The notes: generated from the letters alone by a model not told the origin. Positions 1 to 8,479 are shown, counted from the stretch's first letter. The stretch: DNA of 20,000 nucleotides from an uncultured virus (IMG/VR IMGVR_UViG_3300045051_001511) (IMGVR_UViG_3300045051_001511), one strand, 5' to 3'. Program-made: numbers and translations.

Positions 1-23
1 GGCCGCCCTTGGAGGAGAGCACC

Positions 24-866
24 TTGAAGAACAACATTGGCTTTTTCACAACCGAAATCGAGGCCCTCGATGAGCGCCGGCATCTCATCCTCCGCGCCTA
101 CTACGGCGGCGACAAAGGCTGGGCAATGGAGTCAAGGTTCTACGGCCTCCAATGTCTCCTTGGTCGGGCGGAAGGCTGCAGACTCGATCTCTCGCAGAAA
201 GGCGAGAAAGCCAGAATTGCCCGCGCGCTCGAGCTCAGCCTTGTTGATCTCGAGGAATTCCTCAACGTTCTCAAGACCGAGGCCGAGCTGCTCCAGGAGG
301 AAAACGGAAGGGTCTGGGTCAAAGAAATTGACGAAGATCTCGAGCGAGCGATGGCCGCCAGAGTTGAGGCCTCAAACCGTCGAAAAGGCAAGGAAACGCC
401 CGCGTCGGCCGACAATTCAAAAACGTCGGCCGACAAATTGAAAACGTCGGCCGACAAAACCCACGGAGAGGAGGGGAGAGGAAAGGAGAGGAGTAGAGAA
501 GAGGGGGGAAGGAAGAGCCCCGCCGCCCCTGTGGATAACTTTCCTGAAGACCAAGAACCTGCCCTCTTCGCCTTCGCCCTGCAACGGATCCTTGCCAGGA
601 AGAAACGACCTGGAGACCCGGATGCTATGGCGAGGAAGATCATGCACGAACCTGACGTCATCGCAGATTTCAACGCTTCCCGGTCCCCTGCCCCATCGCC
701 GCCCGCAGAGCGACTAGCTCCTGCGCCGGGACCCTGCGATTGCAAGGGCACGATTCGCTGGGAGAACTCGCTCGGGGAAGGGAAATGCCTCGAATGCGGA
801 GCCTGGTGGCGGTACGACTGGACTTGGGAACTTTGGAAGAAAGACCCAATTCCGCAAACGGGATAA
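24..866 (+). CDS. Phage replication initiator-like protein (DUF4373/Lin1244-like N-terminal domain, low-complexity linker, C-terminal Cys cluster)
   Basis: TTG at 24 follows SD GGAGGAG (11-17). The helical N-terminus resembles phage replisome-organiser proteins. The linker carries DNA tandem repeats (SADNSKT/SADKLKT/SADK), an E/R/G-rich run and PVDN. The C-terminus has CDC...CLEC, a possible Zn ribbon. Confidence 0.6.
   Translation: MKNNIGFFTTEIEALDERRHLILRAYYGGDKGWAMESRFYGLQCLLGRAEGCRLDLSQKGEKARIARALELSLVDLEEFLNVLKTEAELLQEENGRVWVKEIDEDLERAMAARVEASNRRKGKETPASADNSKTSADKLKTSADKTHGEEGRGKERSREEGGRKSPAAPVDNFPEDQEPALFAFALQRILARKKRPGDPDAMARKIMHEPDVIADFNASRSPAPSPPAERLAPAPGPCDCKGTIRWENSLGEGKCLECGAWWRYDWTWELWKKDPIPQTG
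403..457. repeat. Three iteron-like direct repeats, 21-bp period, core CGTCGGCCGACAA containing the palindrome GTCGGCCGAC
   Basis: Identical 13-mers start at 403, 424 and 445 inside the replication gene. Confidence 0.85.
530..538. promoter_or_regulatory. Perfect DnaA box (TGTGGATAA, reverse complement of TTATCCACA)
   Basis: Exact consensus match about 70 bp downstream of the iterons, after a purine-rich tract. Confidence 0.6.
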
Positions 867-897
867 CGATTAGGGGTTTTTAATTCCATATTTCGTG

Positions 898-906
898 TGA
901 TAGATT
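898..906 (+). promoter_or_regulatory. Possible extended -10 promoter (TG-A-TAGATT) for the late operon
   Basis: TGn-TAnnnT motif in the AT-rich part of the rep-terS intergenic region. No convincing -35 element. Confidence 0.3.
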
Positions 907-927
907 CCGAACTGCACGACGAACCCC

Positions 928-1085
928 GGGCATCGCCAGAGATGGCGGAGCCCCCTGCCAGTCCCAGGAGCGGGATCGTCCGATGCAAGGAGCCCCAGGC
1001 GTTGCCTGGTCATCGAGGCCATTTGAAATGGTCCTGATATTTCCTTGCTCGGACGGTCCCGCTCTTGCGCTTTTGGGACCAGGGG
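928..1085 (+). ncRNA. Structured RNA or leader upstream of terS (long helix closing a three-way junction)
   Basis: 965-991 pairs with 1042-1067 (one bulge, two G-U pairs). Internal hairpins lie at 995-1009 and 1017-1033. Outer pairing CCCCTG (952-957) with CAGGGG (1080-1085). Upstream hairpin CGCCA-GAGA-TGGCG has a GNRA loop. Confidence 0.55.
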
Positions 1086-1094
1086 AACTGCTCA

Positions 1095-1730
1095 ATGGGT
1101 CGGAAGGAATCGAAGAGTCCGGCACAAACGAAAGCCCGGAAAGCGCCTGCAAAGCGAAAAGCCGCGGCCTCGAAAGACGTGCCCTCGGATCTTGAGCTAG
1201 TCCAAGCTCGAGCCGACTTCGTCCGATTTCTCATTGAGCAAGACTTCCAGGACGCTCGCGGCGCTTATCGCAAGGCATACCCAAAAGCGAATCTTTCGAC
1301 GGCCGGCGTCGAGGCCTGCCGGCTCCTAAAAGATCCCAAAGTCCAGGAAGCTATCGCTGTCGAGCTCAAAGCCGTCCTTGACGACAAGCGCCTTCCACTC
1401 GAAAAGCGGATCCTCGATACATGGGTCGTTCGTGCGTTTTACGATCCCACCGAGATCCTTGACCTCAAGGGAAACCTCAAGATTACCGAGGCCGCACTTC
1501 GAAAGCGGGGCCTCCATGTCTGCATCGACTCGATCAATCGCAAGCTCAACGCTCAAGGCCTCTCCTACCTCGAGTACAAGCTCGCGAATAGGGACACCGC
1601 GCTCGACATGCTCCAGCGCTATATCGCCATGATCAAGACCCCGGACCAGAAACCTCTCGAGGTCAACCTCTCGATCGGTCTACCACCAAAACCCTCCGAT
1701 CTTCCGCCGGAAGGAGGGCAGGATGCGTAG
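1095..1730 (+). CDS. terS: Terminase small subunit
   Basis: ATG at 1095 follows AGGGG. Motifs AYRKAYP...A.VEACRLLKDPKV, AFYDPTEILD and YKLANRDTALDML are typical of TerS. Directly upstream of terL. Confidence 0.85.
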   Translation: MGRKESKSPAQTKARKAPAKRKAAASKDVPSDLELVQARADFVRFLIEQDFQDARGAYRKAYPKANLSTAGVEACRLLKDPKVQEAIAVELKAVLDDKRLPLEKRILDTWVVRAFYDPTEILDLKGNLKITEAALRKRGLHVCIDSINRKLNAQGLSYLEYKLANRDTALDMLQRYIAMIKTPDQKPLEVNLSIGLPPKPSDLPPEGGQDA

Positions 1731-3015
1731 AGCGGCTGTCTTTCTTCTCATGCTCACAATCTCCGGAGCAGCCATGCCCCAAATAGATTTTGCGACTCTG
1801 CCCGCGTGGATGAATACGAAATTCTATCGAACGGTCTGGGATCATGCCCGGTTCAATGTCTGGAAAGGCGGCGCCGGTTCTGGGAAGTCCGTCGCCGCGG
1901 CACAGCGTTATGTGTATCGCCTCACTGCAGAGCGAGGGCATAACCTCATGTGCGTCCGCAAGGTCGGCGAGTCGAACAGATTCAGCACCTTCGCGAACCT
2001 CGTCAATGTGATCCACTCCTGGAGGCTAGATTCCCTGTACGATATCAGCGAATCGAACCTCACCATCAGGAATCGGTTCAACGGCAATCAGGTAATATTC
2101 CGGGGAATGAATGACTTCAAGGCGCGCGAGCGCGTGAAGTCCGTAACCTTCACGTCGGGCCCACTGACCGACATTTGGATCGAAGAAGCGAGCGAGCTCG
2201 ACCCCGATGACTTCAGGCAGCTCAACCTTCGCCTCCGTGGCCAAGCGTTGCAGCCCTTCCAGATATTGCTCACCTTCAACCCAATCAGCGTCGACCACTG
2301 GATAAAGTCCGAGTTTTTCGACAATCCAAAATTGAATGCCTCGATCCTCAATTCCACCTATCTGGATAATCGATTCATCGATCGCGATTACCGATTCGAG
2401 CTCGAGTCCTACAAGGTAACAGACCCGACCTTTTATCAGGTTTATGCCTTGGGCGAATGGGGTCAGCTTGGTGACAAAGCTTTCCCGAATGCTATCTTCA
2501 CGGTTTGTCCCTACAAGATGAGCGATTTCGATCGCGTCCTTTTCGGCAAAGACTTCGGCTTCCAGCATTACGACGCAACCGAGGGAATCGGCCTCAAGGA
2601 TGGGGCGATCTACTCCTTCCGAGAGCTCTACGTGAAGCAGAAGACGAACCCAGAGATCATCTCGCTCGCCGAGCCCATCCTTCCGAAGGCCCAGCGATGT
2701 ACGGCCGACTCTGCCGAGCCCAAGAGCATAGCGGAATGGAACAATGCAGGCTTCCGTCTTGTGCCGGCCAAGAAAGGACCGGACTCCGTCGAAGCCGGTT
2801 TTGCGTTCCTTCGCTCGCGCCCTTGGTACATCGATCCCATAGCCTGCCCGGGCCTCGCTGCCGAGGCCCGCGGCGCTGTCTACAAGAAAGACCGCAATGG
2901 GCGACCGACCGAAGAAATATTCAGCTTCCACGACGATGCCCTGGCCGGCACGAGGTATGCGATCGAAGAGCTCATTCCGTCGAAGAAATCCGAAGCAAAG
3001 TCGCTGTGGGAATAG
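1723..3015 (+). CDS. terL: Terminase large subunit, PBSX family (alternative start at 1774)
   Basis: Walker A GGAGSGKS, Walker B IWIEEA, coupling motif LTFNP, STYLDNRFI, YALGEWG, and nuclease motifs GKDFGF, ADSAEPKSI and AKKGPDSV. Confidence 0.95.
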   Translation: MRRAAVFLLMLTISGAAMPQIDFATLPAWMNTKFYRTVWDHARFNVWKGGAGSGKSVAAAQRYVYRLTAERGHNLMCVRKVGESNRFSTFANLVNVIHSWRLDSLYDISESNLTIRNRFNGNQVIFRGMNDFKARERVKSVTFTSGPLTDIWIEEASELDPDDFRQLNLRLRGQALQPFQILLTFNPISVDHWIKSEFFDNPKLNASILNSTYLDNRFIDRDYRFELESYKVTDPTFYQVYALGEWGQLGDKAFPNAIFTVCPYKMSDFDRVLFGKDFGFQHYDATEGIGLKDGAIYSFRELYVKQKTNPEIISLAEPILPKAQRCTADSAEPKSIAEWNNAGFRLVPAKKGPDSVEAGFAFLRSRPWYIDPIACPGLAAEARGAVYKKDRNGRPTEEIFSFHDDALAGTRYAIEELIPSKKSEAKSLWE

Positions 3016-3023
3016 GGGGAAGG

Positions 3024-4568
3024 ATGAAAGATATAGGAATTGCGCTGGCTTCCAAGCGCCGAAGCGATCTCAAGGCCCGGGTGCAGATGTACGACAACGA
3101 CTGGGTCGATCTTCTCCGGAAAGAGATCAAGGCGCAGTTCCATGAGAAAACCTATCCGAATGTCGTGAAGATGCTCGATACCTCGATGAATATCTTCCGG
3201 AGGATCGTCCGGGAGATTTGCACGGTCTACCGCGAACCTGGCGAGCGCAAGATCAAGGACGCTTCGGAAAACGTTCAAAAGGATTTCGAAGAGTTCATCG
3301 GGAAGATGCTCATCGATCAGACAATGCAGGTCGCCCATCGATATGCCAAGGCTGCAACGTGCAGCTTCATCCTCGTGCGCCGCGTCACCAATGAAGAACG
3401 CCTCATCCTACGTGTACTCACACCTGACCAGGTCTATGTCGAGGTCGACGCTGACGACCCGACAAAGATGACCCTCTTCGCCTATGTCGCAGACATCACC
3501 GATTCGAAGGGAAAGAAGAAAAGCATTTGGACCGCCTACACCGACGACGAGCGCTGGTTCTGCGACGACGCAGGGAGGATCCTCACGCAGGACAAGCTCA
3601 TCGAGGCCTTCGGCGCAGAGAGGGCCGCAGAGATCATCGCGGCAGAGTTCAAAAATATCTATGAGCTAATCCCTGCTGTCGCATTTCCGTCCGAGTTCCA
3701 GATCCGCGACTTCTGGAACGACAATTGGAATCGCGATGCCGCCGATGCGAACAAGATGATCGGGCTTCTCACAACCTACGAAAACTACCTTGTGAAGACC
3801 CAGAGCTTTAAGCAGATCGTCCTAACGGTAGACGAGATTTCCGAATCGCTCAAGGACGGGGTCCTCGATCCCCTTTTCCCGATAATCCTCAAAGGCCAAG
3901 GCCAGGCGAATACCCTGGACCTCAACACCGCCTTGGAATCAATCGACCAGGTCATCCGCGGCAAGGTCGCCGGCATTGCCAATAATTACGGCATCAGCCA
4001 AGAGAACTTTACCTTGACGACCCAAGCCGCCTCCGGGTTCTCCCTCAAGATCGCCAATCAATCGCTCCAGGACATACGATCATCGGACATCCCCCTTTGC
4101 AGTTCGATAGAGCGCGCTCTATATCGGATTATCGCTAAGGTCGCCTTCGTCGAAGATCTGGGCACCTTCCCTCTTGACGGCATCATCACCTTCAACCCCG
4201 GCGAAGTCTCTTGGCCCGAAGAGTGGACGACAGAGCAGTCGCGCTGGGTTTTCGAGTTCAGCAACGGAATCAGCTCACCTGTCGACTACGTCATTTCTCG
4301 AGATCCCCAGAAATCGAGAGCGGATGCACTAAAGGAAATCCTTGAAAAGCAGGCTGAGATCAAAAAGCTCAAGCCCACCATGTCCCCGTGGGAAATGATT
4401 GCAGACCAAATGACAAGCGGCGCCGCTGCCATGGGTGCAGGGCCTGCCCTTGCCTCTCTCTCACTGGCGACTGGAAATCAGCCCATATCTACTACGCCTG
4501 TCTCGCCCTCTTCCGCTCCTGGAGGCGAGAAGGTATCGAAGACCATAGGAAGCACAGGTAATGATTGA
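3024..4568 (+). CDS. Portal protein
   Basis: ATG at 3024 follows GGGGGAAGG. 514 aa, immediately after terL. Portal-like motifs NIFRRIV, NIYELIPAVAF and ASGFSLKI. Confidence 0.8.
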   Translation: MKDIGIALASKRRSDLKARVQMYDNDWVDLLRKEIKAQFHEKTYPNVVKMLDTSMNIFRRIVREICTVYREPGERKIKDASENVQKDFEEFIGKMLIDQTMQVAHRYAKAATCSFILVRRVTNEERLILRVLTPDQVYVEVDADDPTKMTLFAYVADITDSKGKKKSIWTAYTDDERWFCDDAGRILTQDKLIEAFGAERAAEIIAAEFKNIYELIPAVAFPSEFQIRDFWNDNWNRDAADANKMIGLLTTYENYLVKTQSFKQIVLTVDEISESLKDGVLDPLFPIILKGQGQANTLDLNTALESIDQVIRGKVAGIANNYGISQENFTLTTQAASGFSLKIANQSLQDIRSSDIPLCSSIERALYRIIAKVAFVEDLGTFPLDGIITFNPGEVSWPEEWTTEQSRWVFEFSNGISSPVDYVISRDPQKSRADALKEILEKQAEIKKLKPTMSPWEMIADQMTSGAAAMGAGPALASLSLATGNQPISTTPVSPSSAPGGEKVSKTIGSTGND

Positions 4569-4797
4569 GCGCCAAGACGTTATCGACTACACGGCGAGCA
4601 AGCAGGAGCTCCAGGTAATCGTCGAAACGCTTTTTGACGAGATGATGACCGAGTTCAACTTGACCGCGTTCCTCGCGGATCCTCGAGGCTATACCCGCGC
4701 GTTTCTTGCGCTAGCTGCTGTCAACGCGATCCGAGCCGTCGCGCCCGAAGCCTATCGACTAGGCCAGGACCTAGCATCGAAGGCGGCAACAACATGA
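4561..4797 (+). CDS. Hypothetical head-module protein
   Basis: 78 aa helical ORF overlapping both neighbours, consistent with translational coupling. Confidence 0.6.
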   Translation: MIERQDVIDYTASKQELQVIVETLFDEMMTEFNLTAFLADPRGYTRAFLALAAVNAIRAVAPEAYRLGQDLASKAATT

Positions 4798-5216
4798 CCA
4801 AACAAGAATGGGAACTCAGCAAGCCGGTTTTTTCCGACCTGCAGGAAACCCTCACCTTGTGCGGCCGTCATATGGTCGACGGGATCATTGGATGCGTGAC
4901 GACAAGGCGAAAGCCTGACGGCTCGGCACAAAAACAGAACGCTCCGTCAACCATCGCCAAGAAAGGACACGATCATCCCATTTTCGACAAGATCGGGCGA
5001 TTCATGAAACAGGGCACGTATCGAGTCGAACCTCGTGACGAGATGTCCGCCATGATTTCTATCTTTTCTCCCGCCGACTCCGAGATAGCCGCCTCCCTCG
5101 AGGAGCGTGGTTACGAGTTTTTCGGAATTACTGATCCGGCCGCCGACAAGGCCTACGAGGAAATGGACAAGTACCTGGTACGGAAGGTGAACGAAGCATT
5201 CGGGGGAGAGCCATGA
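4794..5216 (+). CDS. Virion morphogenesis / tail-completion-like protein
   Basis: ATGA overlap. NAPSTIAKKGHDHPIFD resembles the NAPSTIxxKGxxxPLID motif of phage morphogenesis (Mu gpG/HK97 gp10-like) proteins. Confidence 0.55.
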   Translation: MTKQEWELSKPVFSDLQETLTLCGRHMVDGIIGCVTTRRKPDGSAQKQNAPSTIAKKGHDHPIFDKIGRFMKQGTYRVEPRDEMSAMISIFSPADSEIAASLEERGYEFFGITDPAADKAYEEMDKYLVRKVNEAFGGEP

Positions 5217-5800
5217 ACCCAGTCTACTTTGATTTTGAAAAAGAGATGCAGCAGGTCGCTATCTTCTTGAATGCAGACGCCGACCTTGTCGCCGATCGCC
5301 TCGAGCTTCGGATCAAATCGATGATGGCAACAGGGATGGGCCCTTCGGACATTCTCGCAGTTCTGAGGAATGACTTGAAAATAGGCGGCCCCCTGTTTTC
5401 GAGCTTCGCATCGACGTTCAAGCGCAACGTCTTCCCAGTCGTCGATAACGTCGCGCAAGGGGCAATCGTGACAGCAAATCCTGTTGCTCGAAAATGGGAG
5501 TGGATCACTACATCCGCGGATCCATGCAATGACTGCCTTCCGCGGCACGGCGTGAAGCGACCCTACTCGGATTGGGTGCGCCTAGGTTTGCCTCGCTCTG
5601 GCTTTTCCGTGTGCGGGGATTATTGCAAGTGCGCAATCGTCCCCGAAGGATCGGTGGGCAGTGATGTCCAAGGCAGTCCGGTCGAAGTCCCGACCCTCGC
5701 ACAGGCGCGCTCATCGCTCAAGGATCGTCTATCGACAGATTCATCTCTGCAAAAACGAATGGCTGAATACCGCGCCTCGATGAGCGCGCGGAAAAAGTAA
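5213..5800 (+). CDS. Minor head protein, MuF/SPP1 gp7-like
   Basis: W.W.T...PCNDCLPRHG...GLP....CGDYCKC.I Cys/His pattern. Lies between portal and scaffold. Confidence 0.7.
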   Translation: MNPVYFDFEKEMQQVAIFLNADADLVADRLELRIKSMMATGMGPSDILAVLRNDLKIGGPLFSSFASTFKRNVFPVVDNVAQGAIVTANPVARKWEWITTSADPCNDCLPRHGVKRPYSDWVRLGLPRSGFSVCGDYCKCAIVPEGSVGSDVQGSPVEVPTLAQARSSLKDRLSTDSSLQKRMAEYRASMSARKK

Positions 5801-5832
5801 ATAGGGGATTGTTAGTTCCCAAAGGAGCGCGT

Positions 5833-6513
5833 ATGTTTGTATCCAGACCGATGCAGTTCTTCTCCCCAGGTGCGGGAGGATCGAGCGGCAGCGGGGCCGG
5901 CGAAGGTCAAGGCGGCGCGGGAGCAGGTAGCTCCGGCGAAGGTCAGGCCGGAGAAGGTCAAAGCCCCTCCAGGCGGGAGGGCGAGGCATCCCAGGTCGGG
6001 ACCCTCCCTGACGATCCAGCAGAACTCAAGAAACTCCTCGCAACTGAACAGGCCGAGCGCAAGCGCTTAGCCGAGGTCCACGAGGAAATGAAGGGCAAGT
6101 TCACCAAGCGTGAGCTTGAAGAAGAAGCTGCTCGTCAGGACAACCTCAAGAAACAGGGTGAATTCCAGAAGCTGCTCGAGGAGCAGACGCCGAAGTTCCA
6201 GGCGGCCACGCAGGCCGTCAAACGCTATGAGGAAGTGCTGAACAAGTACCTCGAAGCGGAACTGAAAGCGATCCCGGAAAACCTGAAGGCACTCATGCCT
6301 GACGGCGATCCGGCCTCGAAACTCGAATGGATCGCAAAGGCCAAGGATGCCGGTGCGGTCAAGCCCGCGCAGCCCCCTGCACGCAAGCCTGGCGACGGAT
6401 CCCCGCCTCCGGGAGGATCTTCGGCCGGGACGATGACTAGGGCAGCATTCGATGCGCTTACGCCGACCGAAAGGCGAGACGCCTCGAAGGCGGGCGTGAA
6501 GCTGGTGGATTAA
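5833..6513 (+). CDS. Capsid scaffolding protein
   Basis: SD AAAGGAG precedes ATG 5833. Gly-rich GEGQ-repeat N-terminus, coiled coil, Pro/Gly linker and C-terminal MTRAAFDALTP motif. Directly before the capsid gene. Confidence 0.8.
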   Translation: MFVSRPMQFFSPGAGGSSGSGAGEGQGGAGAGSSGEGQAGEGQSPSRREGEASQVGTLPDDPAELKKLLATEQAERKRLAEVHEEMKGKFTKRELEEEAARQDNLKKQGEFQKLLEEQTPKFQAATQAVKRYEEVLNKYLEAELKAIPENLKALMPDGDPASKLEWIAKAKDAGAVKPAQPPARKPGDGSPPPGGSSAGTMTRAAFDALTPTERRDASKAGVKLVD

Positions 6514-6518
6514 GGAAA

Positions 6519-6566
6519 TCGGGTTCATCTATGTGAACCCGAAAGATCATCCCGCTCGTAGGCGGG
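6519..6566 (+). promoter_or_regulatory. Tandem hairpins in the scaffold-capsid intergenic leader
   Basis: TCGGGTTCA-tctatg-TGAACCCGA (6519-6542) and CCCGCT-cgta-GGCGGG (6551-6566), ending just before the capsid SD AAGGAGG. Confidence 0.55.
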
Positions 6567-6581
6567 CGCAAGGAGGCCGAG

Positions 6582-7739
6582 GTGGCCAACGTATTCACGG
6601 GGCTTATCCCCATAATTTACCTGGCTATGGACCAGGTCGCGCGGGAACTCGTAGGGTTCATTCCCTCGGTGTACCGCAACTCCTCCGCCGAAATGGCCGG
6701 CAAGGATCAGACGGTCCGCTACCCCATCAGCGCCCCGGTAGCGGGCGAGGATATCGCTCCGGGCGACCTGCCCAAGGATTCCGGGGACACGACTGAAGAC
6801 TTCGCCGATATGAAGATCACGAAGGCGAGGGCTTTCCCGGTCCGGATCACCGGCGAGGACTACAAGACCCTCGACTCGCAGCCGGGCCTGTATGACTTGA
6901 TCATGCAGGACCGCTTTGCGCAGGCGATCAGGGCCGCTGTCAATGAGATCGAGACGGACCTGGCCGGGCAGGCCATATACGCCTCGCGCGCTTATGGCAC
7001 TCCTGGCACCACGCCCTTCGCCACGTCGATGGCCGATATCGCGGCCGTCAAAAAGATCCTCAAGGACAACGGATGCCCGGACGGCGATATCAGCCTGATC
7101 ATCGATACCGCGGCGGGCCTCAATATGAGGTCACTGACCCAGTATCTCCAGGTCTCCGCCGCCGGCAACGATCGCGGTCTCCGCGAGGGCGTCCTTCTCC
7201 CGCTGCAGGGCATCGACGTGCGAGAATCCGCCCAGGTTGCCTACCACAACAAGGGCACCGCGACCGGCATCGATGTCAACTTCGGCGCCGGCTACAACAT
7301 CGGAGACAGGATCCTCGTTTGCGATGGTTCCGATTCCGGCACCTTGCTGGACGGTGACCTCGTGACCTTCGCGGGTGATGTCAACAAGTACCTCATCGCA
7401 CCCGGCAACACGATCACCGGGGCAGCCGCCGGAAACGTCAGCCTCGCAAAGCCCGGGCTCAGGGCCAGTCTTGCGAATGCGGTCGAAATGACGATTGGTG
7501 GCAGCTATCGCGCCAATCTTGCTTTCCACCGTTCGGCGCTCCATCTCGTCACCCGGGCCCCGGCCTCCCCGAAGGAAGGGGATTCCGCTATCGACTCGGC
7601 CATCATCACCGATCCCATATCGGGGCTCTCGTTCGAGGTCCGCGCTTACGCCCAGTACCGCCGGGTCAAGTACGAAGTCGCCCTGGCCTGGGGCTGCAAG
7701 ATGGTCAAGCCGGAGTTCGCCGCGGTACTCCTCGGCTAA
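6582..7739 (+). CDS. Major capsid protein (P22 coat/HK97-fold family with insertion domain)
   Basis: GTG start follows AAGGAGG. 385 aa. Motifs MANVFTGLIP.IY.AMD.V.RELVGFIP, ITDPISGLSFEVR.Y.QYR and LAWG.K.VKPE. Follows the scaffold. Confidence 0.9.
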   Translation: MANVFTGLIPIIYLAMDQVARELVGFIPSVYRNSSAEMAGKDQTVRYPISAPVAGEDIAPGDLPKDSGDTTEDFADMKITKARAFPVRITGEDYKTLDSQPGLYDLIMQDRFAQAIRAAVNEIETDLAGQAIYASRAYGTPGTTPFATSMADIAAVKKILKDNGCPDGDISLIIDTAAGLNMRSLTQYLQVSAAGNDRGLREGVLLPLQGIDVRESAQVAYHNKGTATGIDVNFGAGYNIGDRILVCDGSDSGTLLDGDLVTFAGDVNKYLIAPGNTITGAAAGNVSLAKPGLRASLANAVEMTIGGSYRANLAFHRSALHLVTRAPASPKEGDSAIDSAIITDPISGLSFEVRAYAQYRRVKYEVALAWGCKMVKPEFAAVLLG

Positions 7740-7745
7740 TTGATC

Positions 7746-7767
7746 GGGCGGGGCTTCGGCTCCGCCC
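7746..7767 (+). promoter_or_regulatory. GC-rich cUUCGg hairpin after the capsid stop (no U-tract)
   Basis: GGGCGGGGC-TTCG-GCTCCGCCC. Probably stabilises capsid mRNA or attenuates read-through. Confidence 0.6.
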
Positions 7768-7784
7768 AACTCAAGGAGAAATGC

Positions 7785-8201
7785 ATGTTCACTAGCGATC
7801 AGGCGATCAGGATAAACAAGATGAGCCCGGCCGCAGAACGCGACGGGCTAGGCGACGAGGTCAAACGTCTCGGCGATACGGGAGCCTTCCAAGGGATAAC
7901 CCTCGTCTGCAATGTCGTTGCAGATGCCACTGGCGGAAAGGCCGTTCCCATCCCTTATGCGATGGAGGTGCTCGACGTCTGCACCCAGTGCCGCGCCGCC
8001 AATGCGAACGGAACCATGAAAATCAAGAAGGGCGCTTCGGACATCACCGACGCCATGATCTGCGCGGTCGACAAGGTCGTCACCCGAGCGGGCACGATCG
8101 ACGATGCGCAATCGACCCTAGCCGCTGGAGACACCGTCACCGTCGTGGCGGCTCAGGCCGGAGATCGCGGCCTCATCACCATATTCGGGAGGCTCCTGTG
8201 A
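7785..8201 (+). CDS. Probable capsid decoration / head fibre protein
   Basis: SD AAGGAG precedes ATG 7785. Beta-rich 138 aa protein ending LAAGDTVTVV...GLITI. Directly after the capsid gene. Confidence 0.5.
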   Translation: MFTSDQAIRINKMSPAAERDGLGDEVKRLGDTGAFQGITLVCNVVADATGGKAVPIPYAMEVLDVCTQCRAANANGTMKIKKGASDITDAMICAVDKVVTRAGTIDDAQSTLAAGDTVTVVAAQAGDRGLITIFGRLL

Positions 8202-8470
8202 GCGACGCAATCGAGACGGTCAAGATCGTTAAGGACAACGCCACAGGGTACGCGATCATCAACAAGAGCAGCTTCGACCCCGAGAAGCATGAGCTCTTCG
8301 AAGAGATCACAGAGCCGAGGCGCGAGATCTCCACCGAAAAGGCGCCTCTTGTGCAAGAGGCCCTGGCCCTCATGGTAGCCGACAAAAAGGGCAAGCCCTT
8401 CCCGGAGTCCATCCTTGAGCGCTGGAGCGTAGAGCGACTTAAGGAAGCGATTACGAAGGCGAAGAAGTAG
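8198..8470 (+). CDS. Small head-associated hypothetical protein
   Basis: GTGA overlap and SD GGGAGG. ETVKIVKD..GYAIINKSSFDPEKHELF motif, then a short helical C-terminal domain (WSVERLKEAI). Confidence 0.6.
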   Translation: MSDAIETVKIVKDNATGYAIINKSSFDPEKHELFEEITEPRREISTEKAPLVQEALALMVADKKGKPFPESILERWSVERLKEAITKAKK

Positions 8471-8479
8471 AGGTTGAGA

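Noticed and set aside
403..457. Possible mini-CRISPR array
   Set aside because: The 21-bp period leaves only 8-nt spacers, the repeats are in frame in a CDS, and there are no cas genes.
140..988. Long minus-strand ORF, and similar antisense ORFs at 2026-2931 and 7131-7769
   Set aside because: These are antisense shadows of well-supported genes in GC-rich DNA, with no recognisable motifs.
990..1045. Hammerhead ribozyme in the three-way junction
   Set aside because: CTGATAT does not match the CUGANGA core, and the GAAA falls in a hairpin loop rather than the junction.
2505..3023. N-terminal 173-aa extension of the portal ORF in the ORF track
   Set aside because: It overlaps terL out of frame and is Arg-rich shadow sequence. 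A good SD and ATG exist at 3024.
5213..5800. MuF-fused polymorphic toxin
   Set aside because: Only a short helical tail follows the Cys motif. There is no toxin domain and no downstream immunity gene.
5896..5962. GGCGAAGGTCA-like short repeats
   Set aside because: Explained by GEGQ peptide repeats in the disordered scaffold N-terminus.
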